DNA of 46,496 nt from Verrucomicrobiota bacterium (GTDB lineage: Bacteria; Verrucomicrobiota; Verrucomicrobiia; Chthoniobacterales; JAFAMB01). A program made the position numbers and the translations under genes. This document shows positions 9,650-18,510 of this stretch, one piece after another. The notes below the pieces were generated by a model. That model did no database searches, was not told the DNA's origin, and was given only the letters and a program-made list of their open reading frames with translations. The stretch spans positions 1 through 46,496 of the forward strand of contig JAFAIO010000485.1 of NCBI GenBank assembly GCA_019236675.1, given 5' to 3'. The stretch's first letter is position 1; the number at the start of each line of letters is the position of its first letter.

Positions 9650-10317
9650 CTCCTTCTCTTCTTGTAGCGCTTCGCGACAACAAATCCATCAAGGAATCTG
9701 CGGTTCGCTACAACGATCCAGCCGTTTTGGGTGGCCATCGCTGATTCGTCGAAACAGCGTCGAGCCTCAACGCGGCTCACGATCCGAAAGAAGGTGTATT
9801 GCAGCCACATCAACGCGCGACCCGCCATGGTCCTGGGAGGAGTAAAATCGACGTTGATCCAAGTTCCCTTCTCGGTGGTGATTTCTCCGATCTTCTTGAT
9901 AATGGCGAGTTGCGTGGGCGGATTAAAGAGATCAAGAAAGAAGTGCGTCACGACGCAGTCAAATTCTCTTCCCAGCCGGCAGCGAAGAAAATCAGCCTCA
10001 ATCAACTCCAGCGGTACCTTTCCCGTCCCGCCGATCCGGCTCTTCGTCAGCCGAATCATCGCCTTGCTTTTCTCCACAACTTTGAGGCATCCAACGAGCT
10101 TTCGAGTGAGCACCGATTTAAGGAAACGGCCATTTCCTTCGCCCACCAACAAGGCCCGGTCAGCTTTAAGGACATCGTCGATAAATGCCCGCCGAGCGTC
10201 ATCCAGATGGACTCCGAACACGAGTCGTTCCAATGTGGGATAAAGTGGAGCTATGAGATCAAATTGAGCCCGTGTTTGTGATCTAACTGCCGAGTTAAGT
10301 GCAATTTCCATATTCAC
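9646..10317 (-). CDS. Class I SAM-dependent methyltransferase
   Basis: LLVGEGNGRFL motif I, VVEKS acidic residue, FDCVVTHFFLD; 4-nt stop/start overlap with the ClC gene. Confidence 0.85.
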   Translation of the reverse strand: MNMEIALNSAVRSQTRAQFDLIAPLYPTLERLVFGVHLDDARRAFIDDVLKADRALLVGEGNGRFLKSVLTRKLVGCLKVVEKSKAMIRLTKSRIGGTGKVPLELIEADFLRCRLGREFDCVVTHFFLDLFNPPTQLAIIKKIGEITTEKGTWINVDFTPPRTMAGRALMWLQYTFFRIVSRVEARRCFDESAMATQNGWIVVANRRFLDGFVVAKRYKKRRR

Positions 10318-10808
10318 TCAGATCATAGTAATCGACTGAATCAGGTAAACCGGTGCGTTGTTCGAACCCGCTTTAAAACCCTATTCTAATCTCGGACAGA
10401 CGAAATTATGAAAATTCCTAGAGCGCTTGTCAAATTCTGGCGAGCGTGAGTTCTTCAAACGAATTTACTTCATATCTGCTTCTTTCTGGCTAACACTCGC
10501 TTCGTTCCAAGGCATTGTGGGGACAGCTTGGTTGTTTCGAGCAAGAGTTCAGGTAGTAGTTGACGGCAAAACGGAATTTGGCCAAGTGCGGCAGCTTGTA
10601 GTCGTCAATAGCACATCGACATGAGCTCCATACGTTAGCCGCAACCTGCCTCTCCGTCCCTCGATAAAGTCTTAGTCACACGAAACAGAGCAGAGAGTTT
10701 TGTCCTGTGCAAAAGCAGCATCCGCCGCTCAAAGGTTCGCTTGATAGTTCGCTGTTTTCCGGCCTGCGATGAAGTGGCGGAACCATAGGTTCTATAAACA
10801 CAACTAAC

Positions 10809-11534
10809 GTGATAAAAACTGAAGAGCTTCCGCCATGGAAACGGCTCGTTGATTTAATTTGTATTCTTGTGAGTCTGCCAGTTTGGGCAGGCGTTTTCCT
10901 TGCAGTTGCTATCTGGATCAAGCTTGTGTCTCGGGGTCCCCTCTTCTTCTGTCAGGAACGGGTAGGGTACAGCGGAAGACAGTTCAAAATGTACAAATTC
11001 AGGACGATGGAAGTTAACGTCGAGACGCTTAGCCACGAGTTATATCTGCAAAGTCTTATCAAGGGTGATGGCCCGATGACCAAATTGGATGCGTCAGGTG
11101 ATCCACGGATTATTTTTGGTGGACGCATTCTCCGAGCCCTCGGGTTAGATGAATTGCCTCAGTTGTTCAATGTGCTGAGGAGAGACATGAGTTTGGTCGG
11201 TCCGCGACCATGTACGCCGACCGAACGTAAGTGTTATGAAGGCTGGCAACAGGAGCGATTCAACGCCGTGCCGGGCTTAACGGGATATTGGCAGGTGAAT
11301 GGAAAGAACAAGACCACATTTCGACAGATGATCGAGATGGACATCTATTACTCGCGCAATAAATCATTTCTGTTAGATGCAATGATCCTCCTAAGAACGG
11401 CTCCTGCGATAGTAGGGCAAGTTCTTGAGGCACGGGCTTGGCGACCCCGTCGCGAGATTAAACAAAGCCCGGCTTCCCAGCCTGCCAGCAGGCCGTTCGT
11501 TGAACCTGTATTTCGTTCCGGGAGCGAGGCGTGA
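10809..11534 (+). CDS. Priming sugar (phosphoglycosyl) transferase, Bac_transf family
   Basis: KRLVDL, FFCQERVG, KFRTM, DPR, LDELPQLFNVLRRDMSLVGPRP, PGLTGYWQVNG, MDIYY. Confidence 0.94.
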   Translation: MIKTEELPPWKRLVDLICILVSLPVWAGVFLAVAIWIKLVSRGPLFFCQERVGYSGRQFKMYKFRTMEVNVETLSHELYLQSLIKGDGPMTKLDASGDPRIIFGGRILRALGLDELPQLFNVLRRDMSLVGPRPCTPTERKCYEGWQQERFNAVPGLTGYWQVNGKNKTTFRQMIEMDIYYSRNKSFLLDAMILLRTAPAIVGQVLEARAWRPRREIKQSPASQPASRPFVEPVFRSGSEA

Positions 11535-11562
11535 AGATCGTAGTCGAAAGTTGAGTAGTGAT

Positions 11563-12153
11563 ATGTACAAAGCAGGACGCACTGATCGCGCAACCGGTGC
11601 TGCGGAAGGCTGTTGGTATTGTGTTCAGGCAAAGCATAAGCACGAACATATCGCGGCGGCACATCTCCGTGAGCTAAAAGGAGTAACCGTTCTTTGTCCA
11701 CGTATCAGGTTCAAACGAGAAACACGCATCGGGATCACTCGGGTGACGGAAGCGCTGTTTCCTGGCTATTTGTTTGCTCATTTTGAGTTAGCGAGAATGC
11801 ACCGAGTGGTGGGCTATGCCTCAGGGGTGCGATGCATCGTTCGATTCGCTAATCGGTATCCAACGATCGACGATGACACCATAGCTCAGCTACGCGAGCA
11901 CGTCGGTCCAAAAGAGATCAAGGAGATAAACTACGAGCCGTTACGAGGCGACAACGTCAAAGTAGCAGACGGCATCCTGGCAGGATTGGAAGCCGTAGTT
12001 ACACAGGTTCTACCGGCCAGAACTCGGGTTAAAGTGCTATTAGATTTCCTTGGTAGGAAAGTAGCCGCGGAATTAGAGCGCTCAAGTATACTCCTACAGG
12101 GGGTTCACCCATTGTCTGTTAACGCCGATGGTGATAACCCCCGCGCAGAGTGA
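11563..12153 (+). CDS. NusG-paralog transcription antiterminator (RfaH/UpxY/LoaP-like); start probably ATG 11563 rather than 11425
   Basis: NGN domain WYCVQAK...ALFPGYLF...GVRCIVRF; KOW domain GDNVKVADGILAGLEAVV...RVKVLLDFLGRKV; sits near the head of a long polysaccharide operon. Confidence 0.9.
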   Translation: MYKAGRTDRATGAAEGCWYCVQAKHKHEHIAAAHLRELKGVTVLCPRIRFKRETRIGITRVTEALFPGYLFAHFELARMHRVVGYASGVRCIVRFANRYPTIDDDTIAQLREHVGPKEIKEINYEPLRGDNVKVADGILAGLEAVVTQVLPARTRVKVLLDFLGRKVAAELERSSILLQGVHPLSVNADGDNPRAE

Positions 12154-12567
12154 GTGACATAACCTCCTAGTCGTTATTTGCCGAAGAGGGTAGGCAAAGG
12201 ATGGGTAGAAAAATAGGGATCTCAAGTCGGAGTCCTTACCCTCAAGTAGTAGTCTGCTTACTGGGCTCGATGGTATTGTGTCGTTCCCTTTTCCTCAATA
12301 GGCTGTAATCGATGGGCTCCAGCCTAGGCCCGTCTGATGAGGCGGCGGATAGTAATTCCCACGATGTAGGAGTTTCCAGACGCCGCGGTCGACGACCAAG
12401 ACAGAAAAGCAAAAACCCACAAGTGTAAATTAAGTACGTCTAGACCAAAGAAGGTCGAAAAGACGGGTGTGGGACATCTGGATTTTATGAAGGACATTAG
12501 GCCGGCTGGGAAAGTGAGGCGGGCCGATAGCAAGGGATGACATCCTGACGAATCGTTTAACGGTGAT

Positions 12568-13662
12568 ATGAAAGAACCTATTGCGGTGGGAGTTGTTGGG
12601 TGCGGATATTGGGGCCCGAATCTTGTTCGTAACTTCAGTGCGCTGCCCAATTGCCGAATGCGGGCGATGTGCGACACGAGTGAGGCACGTCTAAAACACA
12701 TGAAAAGCGTCTACCCGGAGGTCGAGGGTATAACTGACTTTGAACGCTTTCTCAGAGACATGGATGTGGATGCAGTAGTGGTGGCGACCCCTGTTAAGTA
12801 TCATTATTTGCTGGCCAAGGCTAGCTTACTGGCCGGCAAGCACACCTTAATTGAAAAACCGATGGCAGCCTCCGCCGCCGAGTGTGAGGAACTAATAGAG
12901 ATAGCCACGCGGAACGGGCTAGTTCTGATGGTTGGACATACCTTCCTTTATTCGGCGCCGGTGCAAAAGATCGCCGATATTGTGGGAGCGGGCGATATTG
13001 GCGAGATCCGTTATATCAATTCACGCCGATTAAATCTGGGACTGTTTCAAAAGGATATCAATGTGGCGTGGGACCTTGCACCTCATGACATTTCCATCAT
13101 CTTACATATCCTCGGGGAATCACCGTTAACAGTTAACTGTCAGGGGAACGCCCACGTTACACCAGGGATCGAGGATATAACCAATATCTCCCTCTCTTTT
13201 CGGCATAAGCGCTTTGCCACCATCCAGAGTAGTTGGCTAGAGCCGCGAAAGGTTCGGGACATGACGATCGTGGGGACGCGTCGAATGATCGTCTATGACG
13301 ACTTGCAGACGAACGAAAAAATTCGCATTTACGATGTGCGGGTAGAGCGGCCACCTCATTACGATACCTTCGCTGATTTTCACTATTCCTATCACTACGG
13401 GGATAGCTACATTCCGCACATCAGACAGGAGGAGCCGCTAAAAGCGGAATGCCAACACTTTCTCGATTGCATCGAAACCGGGACTACGCCGCTAACCAGT
13501 GGGCATGATGGGCTCGAGTTAGTAAGGATTCTCGAAGCTGCGTCCGCCTCGCTCAAGGATCGGGGTGCGCCAGTTGTTCTATCGAGACAGCACGAAACAC
13601 CCTCTTATCTTGGACGGAACAACGTTGCCAAAGTGTTGGGAGCAGAACCAGTCTGCGCTTAA
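12568..13662 (+). CDS. Gfo/Idh/MocA oxidoreductase (putative NDP-sugar 3-dehydrogenase), copy 1
   Basis: VGCGYWGPN Rossmann motif, GKHTLIEKP, WDLAPHD. Confidence 0.9.
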   Translation: MKEPIAVGVVGCGYWGPNLVRNFSALPNCRMRAMCDTSEARLKHMKSVYPEVEGITDFERFLRDMDVDAVVVATPVKYHYLLAKASLLAGKHTLIEKPMAASAAECEELIEIATRNGLVLMVGHTFLYSAPVQKIADIVGAGDIGEIRYINSRRLNLGLFQKDINVAWDLAPHDISIILHILGESPLTVNCQGNAHVTPGIEDITNISLSFRHKRFATIQSSWLEPRKVRDMTIVGTRRMIVYDDLQTNEKIRIYDVRVERPPHYDTFADFHYSYHYGDSYIPHIRQEEPLKAECQHFLDCIETGTTPLTSGHDGLELVRILEAASASLKDRGAPVVLSRQHETPSYLGRNNVAKVLGAEPVCA

Positions 13663-13693
13663 CTCTGATTCGGAAATAAGCAAGAAACTGTCC

Positions 13694-13790
13694 GGAGAGA
13701 ACGCGATTATACGAGCGGGTAGCGCCGTACCGAAGACGTGCCCGCAAATCCCATTGTGGCCGGAAATCCGGCCAAAGTTTTTTTAGAAAA
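13694..13790 (+). pseudogene. Frameshifted C-terminal remnant of a hexapeptide-repeat sugar N-acetyltransferase
   Basis: GENAIIRAGSAV in one frame, then TEDVPANPIVAGNPAKV in another after a 1-nt deletion near 13728; matches the canonical IGENAxVGAGSVVTKDVPxxxIVAGNPAK tail; occupies the same slot as the intact acetyltransferase at 21223. Confidence 0.8.
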
Positions 13791-13797
13791 GCTGAAA

Positions 13798-14922
13798 ATG
13801 CAAATCAAAGTACCGTTTCTTGACTTGTGGTCGCAACATCTTCCGTTGATGAGCGAGTTCAGTCAGGCCATTCAGGAGGTAATCGAGAGCTCCGCATTTG
13901 CCGGCGGGCCATTCGTCGCTGCTTTCGAAAGGGACTTCGCCGCTTATTGCGACATTCCGTACTCGATTGGCGTTGGTTCCGGCACAGAGGCGCTCTGGTT
14001 GAGCTTATTGGCCTGTGGCGTTGGTTCTGGGGACGAAGTGATCACGGTTCCGAGTACGTTCATGGCCACAGCCGAGGCGATCACTTATTGTGGAGCGCGT
14101 CCGGTATTCGTCGACGTGGACGAACGAACCTACACGATGAATCCGGACGCGCTGAAGAATGCGCTAACCTCCAAAACCAAAGCGATCATACCGGTCCATC
14201 TGTTCGGACAACCCGCGGATATGGATCCCATTCTGGAATTCGGGCGTGAACACGGTCTCCACGTGATCGAGGACGCGTGTCAAGCCCACGGCGCTACCTA
14301 TAAAGGGAAACGTGTCGGCACGTTCGGTGACACCGCGTGCTTCAGTTTCTATCCTGGAAAGAATCTCGGCGCGTTCGGAGAAGCGGGGGCGATCGTTACC
14401 AGCAGCGCCGAGTTAGACCAAAAGCTTCGAGTGTTCAGGGACCACGGTCAGGAACGAAAGTACTTTCACTCAGTCATCGGCTGGAACTGTCGCATGGACG
14501 GAATTCAGGCGGCGGTCCTTAGGATCAAGTTGCAGCAACTCGAAGCAGCCAACCAACTGCGGCGTACCCACGCCGTCCAGTACGACGCTGGTCTGGGTGA
14601 ATTCGATGGTGTAATCACGCCAGCGCAGGCGTCTTATGCTCGGCATGTTTACCACATCTATGCCATTCGGGTGCGTAACCGAGACGAAACGATACAAAGC
14701 CTTACGGACCAGGGAATCGCAACCGGCATTCATTACCCCGTGCCCGTCCATTTACAAGAGGCCTATCAAAGCCTTGGCTATACACGCTATTCGTTCCCAA
14801 TTGCTGAACGCTGCGCGGCTGAATTTGTGTCGCTACCGATGTATCCCGAATTAACTCATTCCCAAATAGAACAGGTGATCGACGCTGTGAAAGAAGCTGT
14901 TGCTGGAGGCGTGGAGGTTTAG
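13798..14922 (+). CDS. DegT/DnrJ/EryC1/StrS PLP-dependent sugar aminotransferase, copy 1 (start ATG 13798)
   Basis: [52 protein letters not shown] (PLP Lys), SLPMYP. Confidence 0.95.
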   Translation: MQIKVPFLDLWSQHLPLMSEFSQAIQEVIESSAFAGGPFVAAFERDFAAYCDIPYSIGVGSGTEALWLSLLACGVGSGDEVITVPSTFMATAEAITYCGARPVFVDVDERTYTMNPDALKNALTSKTKAIIPVHLFGQPADMDPILEFGREHGLHVIEDACQAHGATYKGKRVGTFGDTACFSFYPGKNLGAFGEAGAIVTSSAELDQKLRVFRDHGQERKYFHSVIGWNCRMDGIQAAVLRIKLQQLEAANQLRRTHAVQYDAGLGEFDGVITPAQASYARHVYHIYAIRVRNRDETIQSLTDQGIATGIHYPVPVHLQEAYQSLGYTRYSFPIAERCAAEFVSLPMYPELTHSQIEQVIDAVKEAVAGGVEV

Positions 14923-17004
14923 ATGGATAACGAAGACTTGCCGATTGTGGCACCGCAGAACCGCGAGACCTTGCATCTCGCACCCGAGTACGGTGCGGCG
15001 GCCGATTTTGAGGAGCGGCCAAACCAATCCAGTTTCGGTCTGCATGACATCCTGTTCATGCTGTTTCGGCACAAATGGAAAATTATTTTCTTTACAATAG
15101 CCGGCTTCATTGCGGCTGCCTTCGTCTATTTTGAGGTCCCGCCTGCATACGAATCGGAAGCTAAGCTTCTTGTCCGCTACGTGATGGACCGAGGGGCTGT
15201 AGACGGCCTGGACGCTCAGGTTAAGACACCGACGGCTTGGGATTCTAATCTTCTCAATTCTGAGGTTCAGATCTTGACCAGCTCAGACCTGATACGCCAG
15301 GTAGCAGAGTCAGTATACGCAAAGAAATCGGTTTCCGGTTCCGCAGATAGAGGCACCGTTGATACAATATCCGAAACCATTGGAAAAGGTCTGCAAGTGT
15401 CTGCGCTAAAGGATGCCAACATTATTTCTCTCGCCTTTACGAGCAGTGATCGGAATCTCCCCATGCCGGTCTTACAAGAGCTGGTAAAACGCTATTTTGA
15501 TAAGCATTTGGAAGTTCATCGCTCAACTGGTGCGTTCACTTTTGTGGCGCAAGAGACGGCCGATTTGAAAAAGAAATTGGACGAGACGGAAGGAGAATTG
15601 AAACAGCTGAGGGAAAGCGCCGGAATTATCTCCCTTGAAGAAGCCAAAAAAGATCTCGCCAGCGAAATTGGGAAAACCCAACAGGACTTGGATACGGCCG
15701 AAGCCGAACTAGCCGCGCAGCGGGCTCGAGTTAAGGATCTAGAAAAGTCGCTGGCTCTGCCTGAAAACGCACAGCCTACCGTCCCTGCCCAGCCGGTAAC
15801 CGGCGATACTCAAGAGAAATACAAAGCCCTTATTGCCCGGTTGACTCAACTGCAAAAGACCGAGACTGAACTTCTTTTGAAGTACACTCCGGAGAGTCCG
15901 ATGGTAAAGGTAAAGGCCGATCAAATTGCCCAGCTCGAAAAGCAACGCAGCGAGCTGGAAACAACCTATCCAGCCTTACTTGGTACGGTCCAAGGACAAC
16001 CGAATATAACATCCGACAGAGCAACTCTGGCTGGACTGGAGTCCAAAGTACAAGCGCTCAACGGCCGCATGACCGATCTGCAAGCACGGGTGAAAACCGT
16101 TCAGGAGGTAGCGCCGCGCATCGAAGAACTCCAGAGAAAAGAGGAAGTCGAGGAAACTAATTACAAACATTCCGAGGCAAGTCTGGAAAAGGCTCGGATC
16201 GACGAAACGCTTGACCCATCCAGGATGCCAAATATCAGCGTTGTCCAAACCCCTTTACCTGCGGGACAGGTAAAAAGGAATACGGAGAAAGTCGTGCTCG
16301 GCCTCGCGGGAGGTGGGTTGTTTGTGGGGGTCGCCCTGGCGCTGCTGATCGAAATGTTTATAGATCGTACTGTCAAGCGGCCGCTCGAAATCGAAAATCA
16401 GTTGCGTATACCTTTGTTGCTTTCGATTCCGCATCTGACTTTCGATCGCCGACGGTTACCTTTGCGCAATTCGGGTGACGCGGGGGAGATACAACATCGG
16501 AGGAAGTTAGATGTTTCCGGCGCAAATGGTGACGATTTAATTAGGCCGTTTTGTGAAGCCATTCGAGATCGCCTGGGACTGTTCTTCCAAATAAATAACA
16601 TGGCTTACAAACCGAAGCTGGTAGCCGTAACCGGGCTGGCGGCAAATGCGGGATCGTCCACCATTGCTGCCGGACTAGCGGACGCTCTGGCAGAAGCCTC
16701 TGAGGGGAAGGTGCTGTTGGTCGATAAGCTGATATCTCCAAAAGGCTTTTACAATACTCTAGAGGAGTTCAAGCGGAGCGATCTTGACTATGTGGTGTTT
16801 GACATGCCCTCGCTCGGGGACACCAGTGCAACTCTTCCTCTGGCCGGCTTTATGGATACCGTGTTGCTCGTGGTAGAGGCGGAAAAGAGCAACCGAAACG
16901 CGGTTAAACGCGCCTATGCTCAGCTGGCGGCCAAAACGAAGGTTTCGGTAATCGTTAACAAGATCAGGTCTTACGGTCCCAAATGGCTTGAGGGCGATTT
17001 TTGA
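14923..17004 (+). CDS. Wzc/GumC-like polysaccharide co-polymerase with degenerate kinase domain
   Basis: LFRHKWKII plus TM, YESEAKLLV, NSEVQILTS, long coiled coil, second TM, DRTVKRP; C-terminal P-loop-like domain with VVFDMP but altered Walker A. Confidence 0.88.
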   Translation: MDNEDLPIVAPQNRETLHLAPEYGAAADFEERPNQSSFGLHDILFMLFRHKWKIIFFTIAGFIAAAFVYFEVPPAYESEAKLLVRYVMDRGAVDGLDAQVKTPTAWDSNLLNSEVQILTSSDLIRQVAESVYAKKSVSGSADRGTVDTISETIGKGLQVSALKDANIISLAFTSSDRNLPMPVLQELVKRYFDKHLEVHRSTGAFTFVAQETADLKKKLDETEGELKQLRESAGIISLEEAKKDLASEIGKTQQDLDTAEAELAAQRARVKDLEKSLALPENAQPTVPAQPVTGDTQEKYKALIARLTQLQKTETELLLKYTPESPMVKVKADQIAQLEKQRSELETTYPALLGTVQGQPNITSDRATLAGLESKVQALNGRMTDLQARVKTVQEVAPRIEELQRKEEVEETNYKHSEASLEKARIDETLDPSRMPNISVVQTPLPAGQVKRNTEKVVLGLAGGGLFVGVALALLIEMFIDRTVKRPLEIENQLRIPLLLSIPHLTFDRRRLPLRNSGDAGEIQHRRKLDVSGANGDDLIRPFCEAIRDRLGLFFQINNMAYKPKLVAVTGLAANAGSSTIAAGLADALAEASEGKVLLVDKLISPKGFYNTLEEFKRSDLDYVVFDMPSLGDTSATLPLAGFMDTVLLVVEAEKSNRNAVKRAYAQLAAKTKVSVIVNKIRSYGPKWLEGDF

Positions 17005-17074
17005 CGAAAATCGCTGAAATTGCTCCCTACAATACGTTTCGAGCATCTCAGCCGGTCAACACCTTGGAGAAACG

Positions 17075-18391
17075 TTGACAACGACTCTTGACAATCCACA
17101 AACGGGGCCACTCCGGTTAGCGGGTCAGCGCGTAGCCGCGGTCGTCTATTCGAACTATCCTGCAGACCCGCGCCCGCGACGGGCGGCGGAGGCTCTAGTT
17201 AGGGAAGGTGCCAGCGTCGAAGTGATCTGTCTTAAAGAAGGGGATGATGAACCTCAGCACGAAATTTTCAATGGTGTAGATATCACCCGGGTCCCCCTAA
17301 AGCGTCGTCGAGGCGGAAAGTTATCTTACCTGACCCAGTATGGGACCTTCATTCTGCTCGCTGGGACGATTCTGGCATTTCGGACAGTTAGGAGGCGGTT
17401 TAACTTGATCCACGTCCATAACATGCCGGACGTGTTAGTATTTAGCGCGCTCGTACCCAAACTTTTCGGCGCAAAAGTTATCCTCGACCTGCATGATCCA
17501 ATGCCGGAATTAATGATGACGATCTTTGGGCTTCGGGAGAATAGCAGGGCGGTCCGGCTTCTTAAAATGCTCGAGAAGTGGAGCCTGTGTTTTGCTGATG
17601 GAATTCTAACGGTAAATGAAGCCTGCCGTAAACTTTTCTCGAGCCGGAGCTGTGCTCGGGAAAAAATAACGGTGATTATGAACTCGCCCGACGAAGAAAT
17701 CTTCCCCCTTCGCGAAGGGCCCATCTCGGCTCTGGCGGAACCGGACACTTCGAAGCCGTTCGTCTTAATGTACCATGGTTCGTTAGTCGAACGACACGGC
17801 TTAGACCTGGCAGTGAAGGCGTTAGCGAAGATAAAAAAATCAATACCAGGAGCAGAACTGAGGATTTTTGGCTGGAGTACGCCTTTTCTGGAACAGGTGC
17901 TTGGATCAGCGGAGACGGCAGGTCTTGGTGAAGCCGTCCGGTACATGGGACCGAAGAACTTGGAGCAAATTGCTGCTGCGATCCGCGATTGCCATGCCGG
18001 CGTTATACCGAATCGAAGGAGCATATTCACTGAACTCAACACGCCGACTCGGATCTTTGAGTATCTGTCTCAGGGCAAACTCACCATCGCTCCGCGGGCT
18101 CCGGGAATTTTAGACTATTTCGGTCCCCACGAGTTGGCCCTTTTCGAACTGGGGAACCCCGAAGATCTTGCGGCTACCATCGAATATGTGTTCAGGCATC
18201 CAGGCGAGACAGCGAAGATGATCGAACGGGGCCAGGACGTGTATCGGGCTCACAAATGGTCGACGGAACGACTTCAATTGGTTGCTCTAGTTGAGAGCCT
18301 GTTGAAGAAGACGGTGCGGTCAGCAGTATGGCCGAGCACACAAGAAACAAAATGTCGGCCGGATAGAACCGCATCCGGCGGCTGTACGTAA
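17075..18391 (+). CDS. Glycosyltransferase family 4
   Basis: YPADPRPRRAAEAL, IHVHNMPD, LDLHD, YHGSLVERHGLD, TPTRIFEYL. Confidence 0.9.
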   Translation: MTTTLDNPQTGPLRLAGQRVAAVVYSNYPADPRPRRAAEALVREGASVEVICLKEGDDEPQHEIFNGVDITRVPLKRRRGGKLSYLTQYGTFILLAGTILAFRTVRRRFNLIHVHNMPDVLVFSALVPKLFGAKVILDLHDPMPELMMTIFGLRENSRAVRLLKMLEKWSLCFADGILTVNEACRKLFSSRSCAREKITVIMNSPDEEIFPLREGPISALAEPDTSKPFVLMYHGSLVERHGLDLAVKALAKIKKSIPGAELRIFGWSTPFLEQVLGSAETAGLGEAVRYMGPKNLEQIAAAIRDCHAGVIPNRRSIFTELNTPTRIFEYLSQGKLTIAPRAPGILDYFGPHELALFELGNPEDLAATIEYVFRHPGETAKMIERGQDVYRAHKWSTERLQLVALVESLLKKTVRSAVWPSTQETKCRPDRTASGGCT

Positions 18392-18510
18392 AAGCTGGGA
18401 AGGCGACCGCCAAAGCAGCCACCCATAGGGGCGAGCGAATGCACGCCGTGCATGAATTCTGGAAACCGGGGGTAAATGCCGGTTCCTATTTCTCCCAAGT
18501 CCACTCACAA

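Noticed and set aside
10350-10380. GTTCGAACCC T-loop-like motif upstream of the methyltransferase
   Set aside because: No cloverleaf around it.
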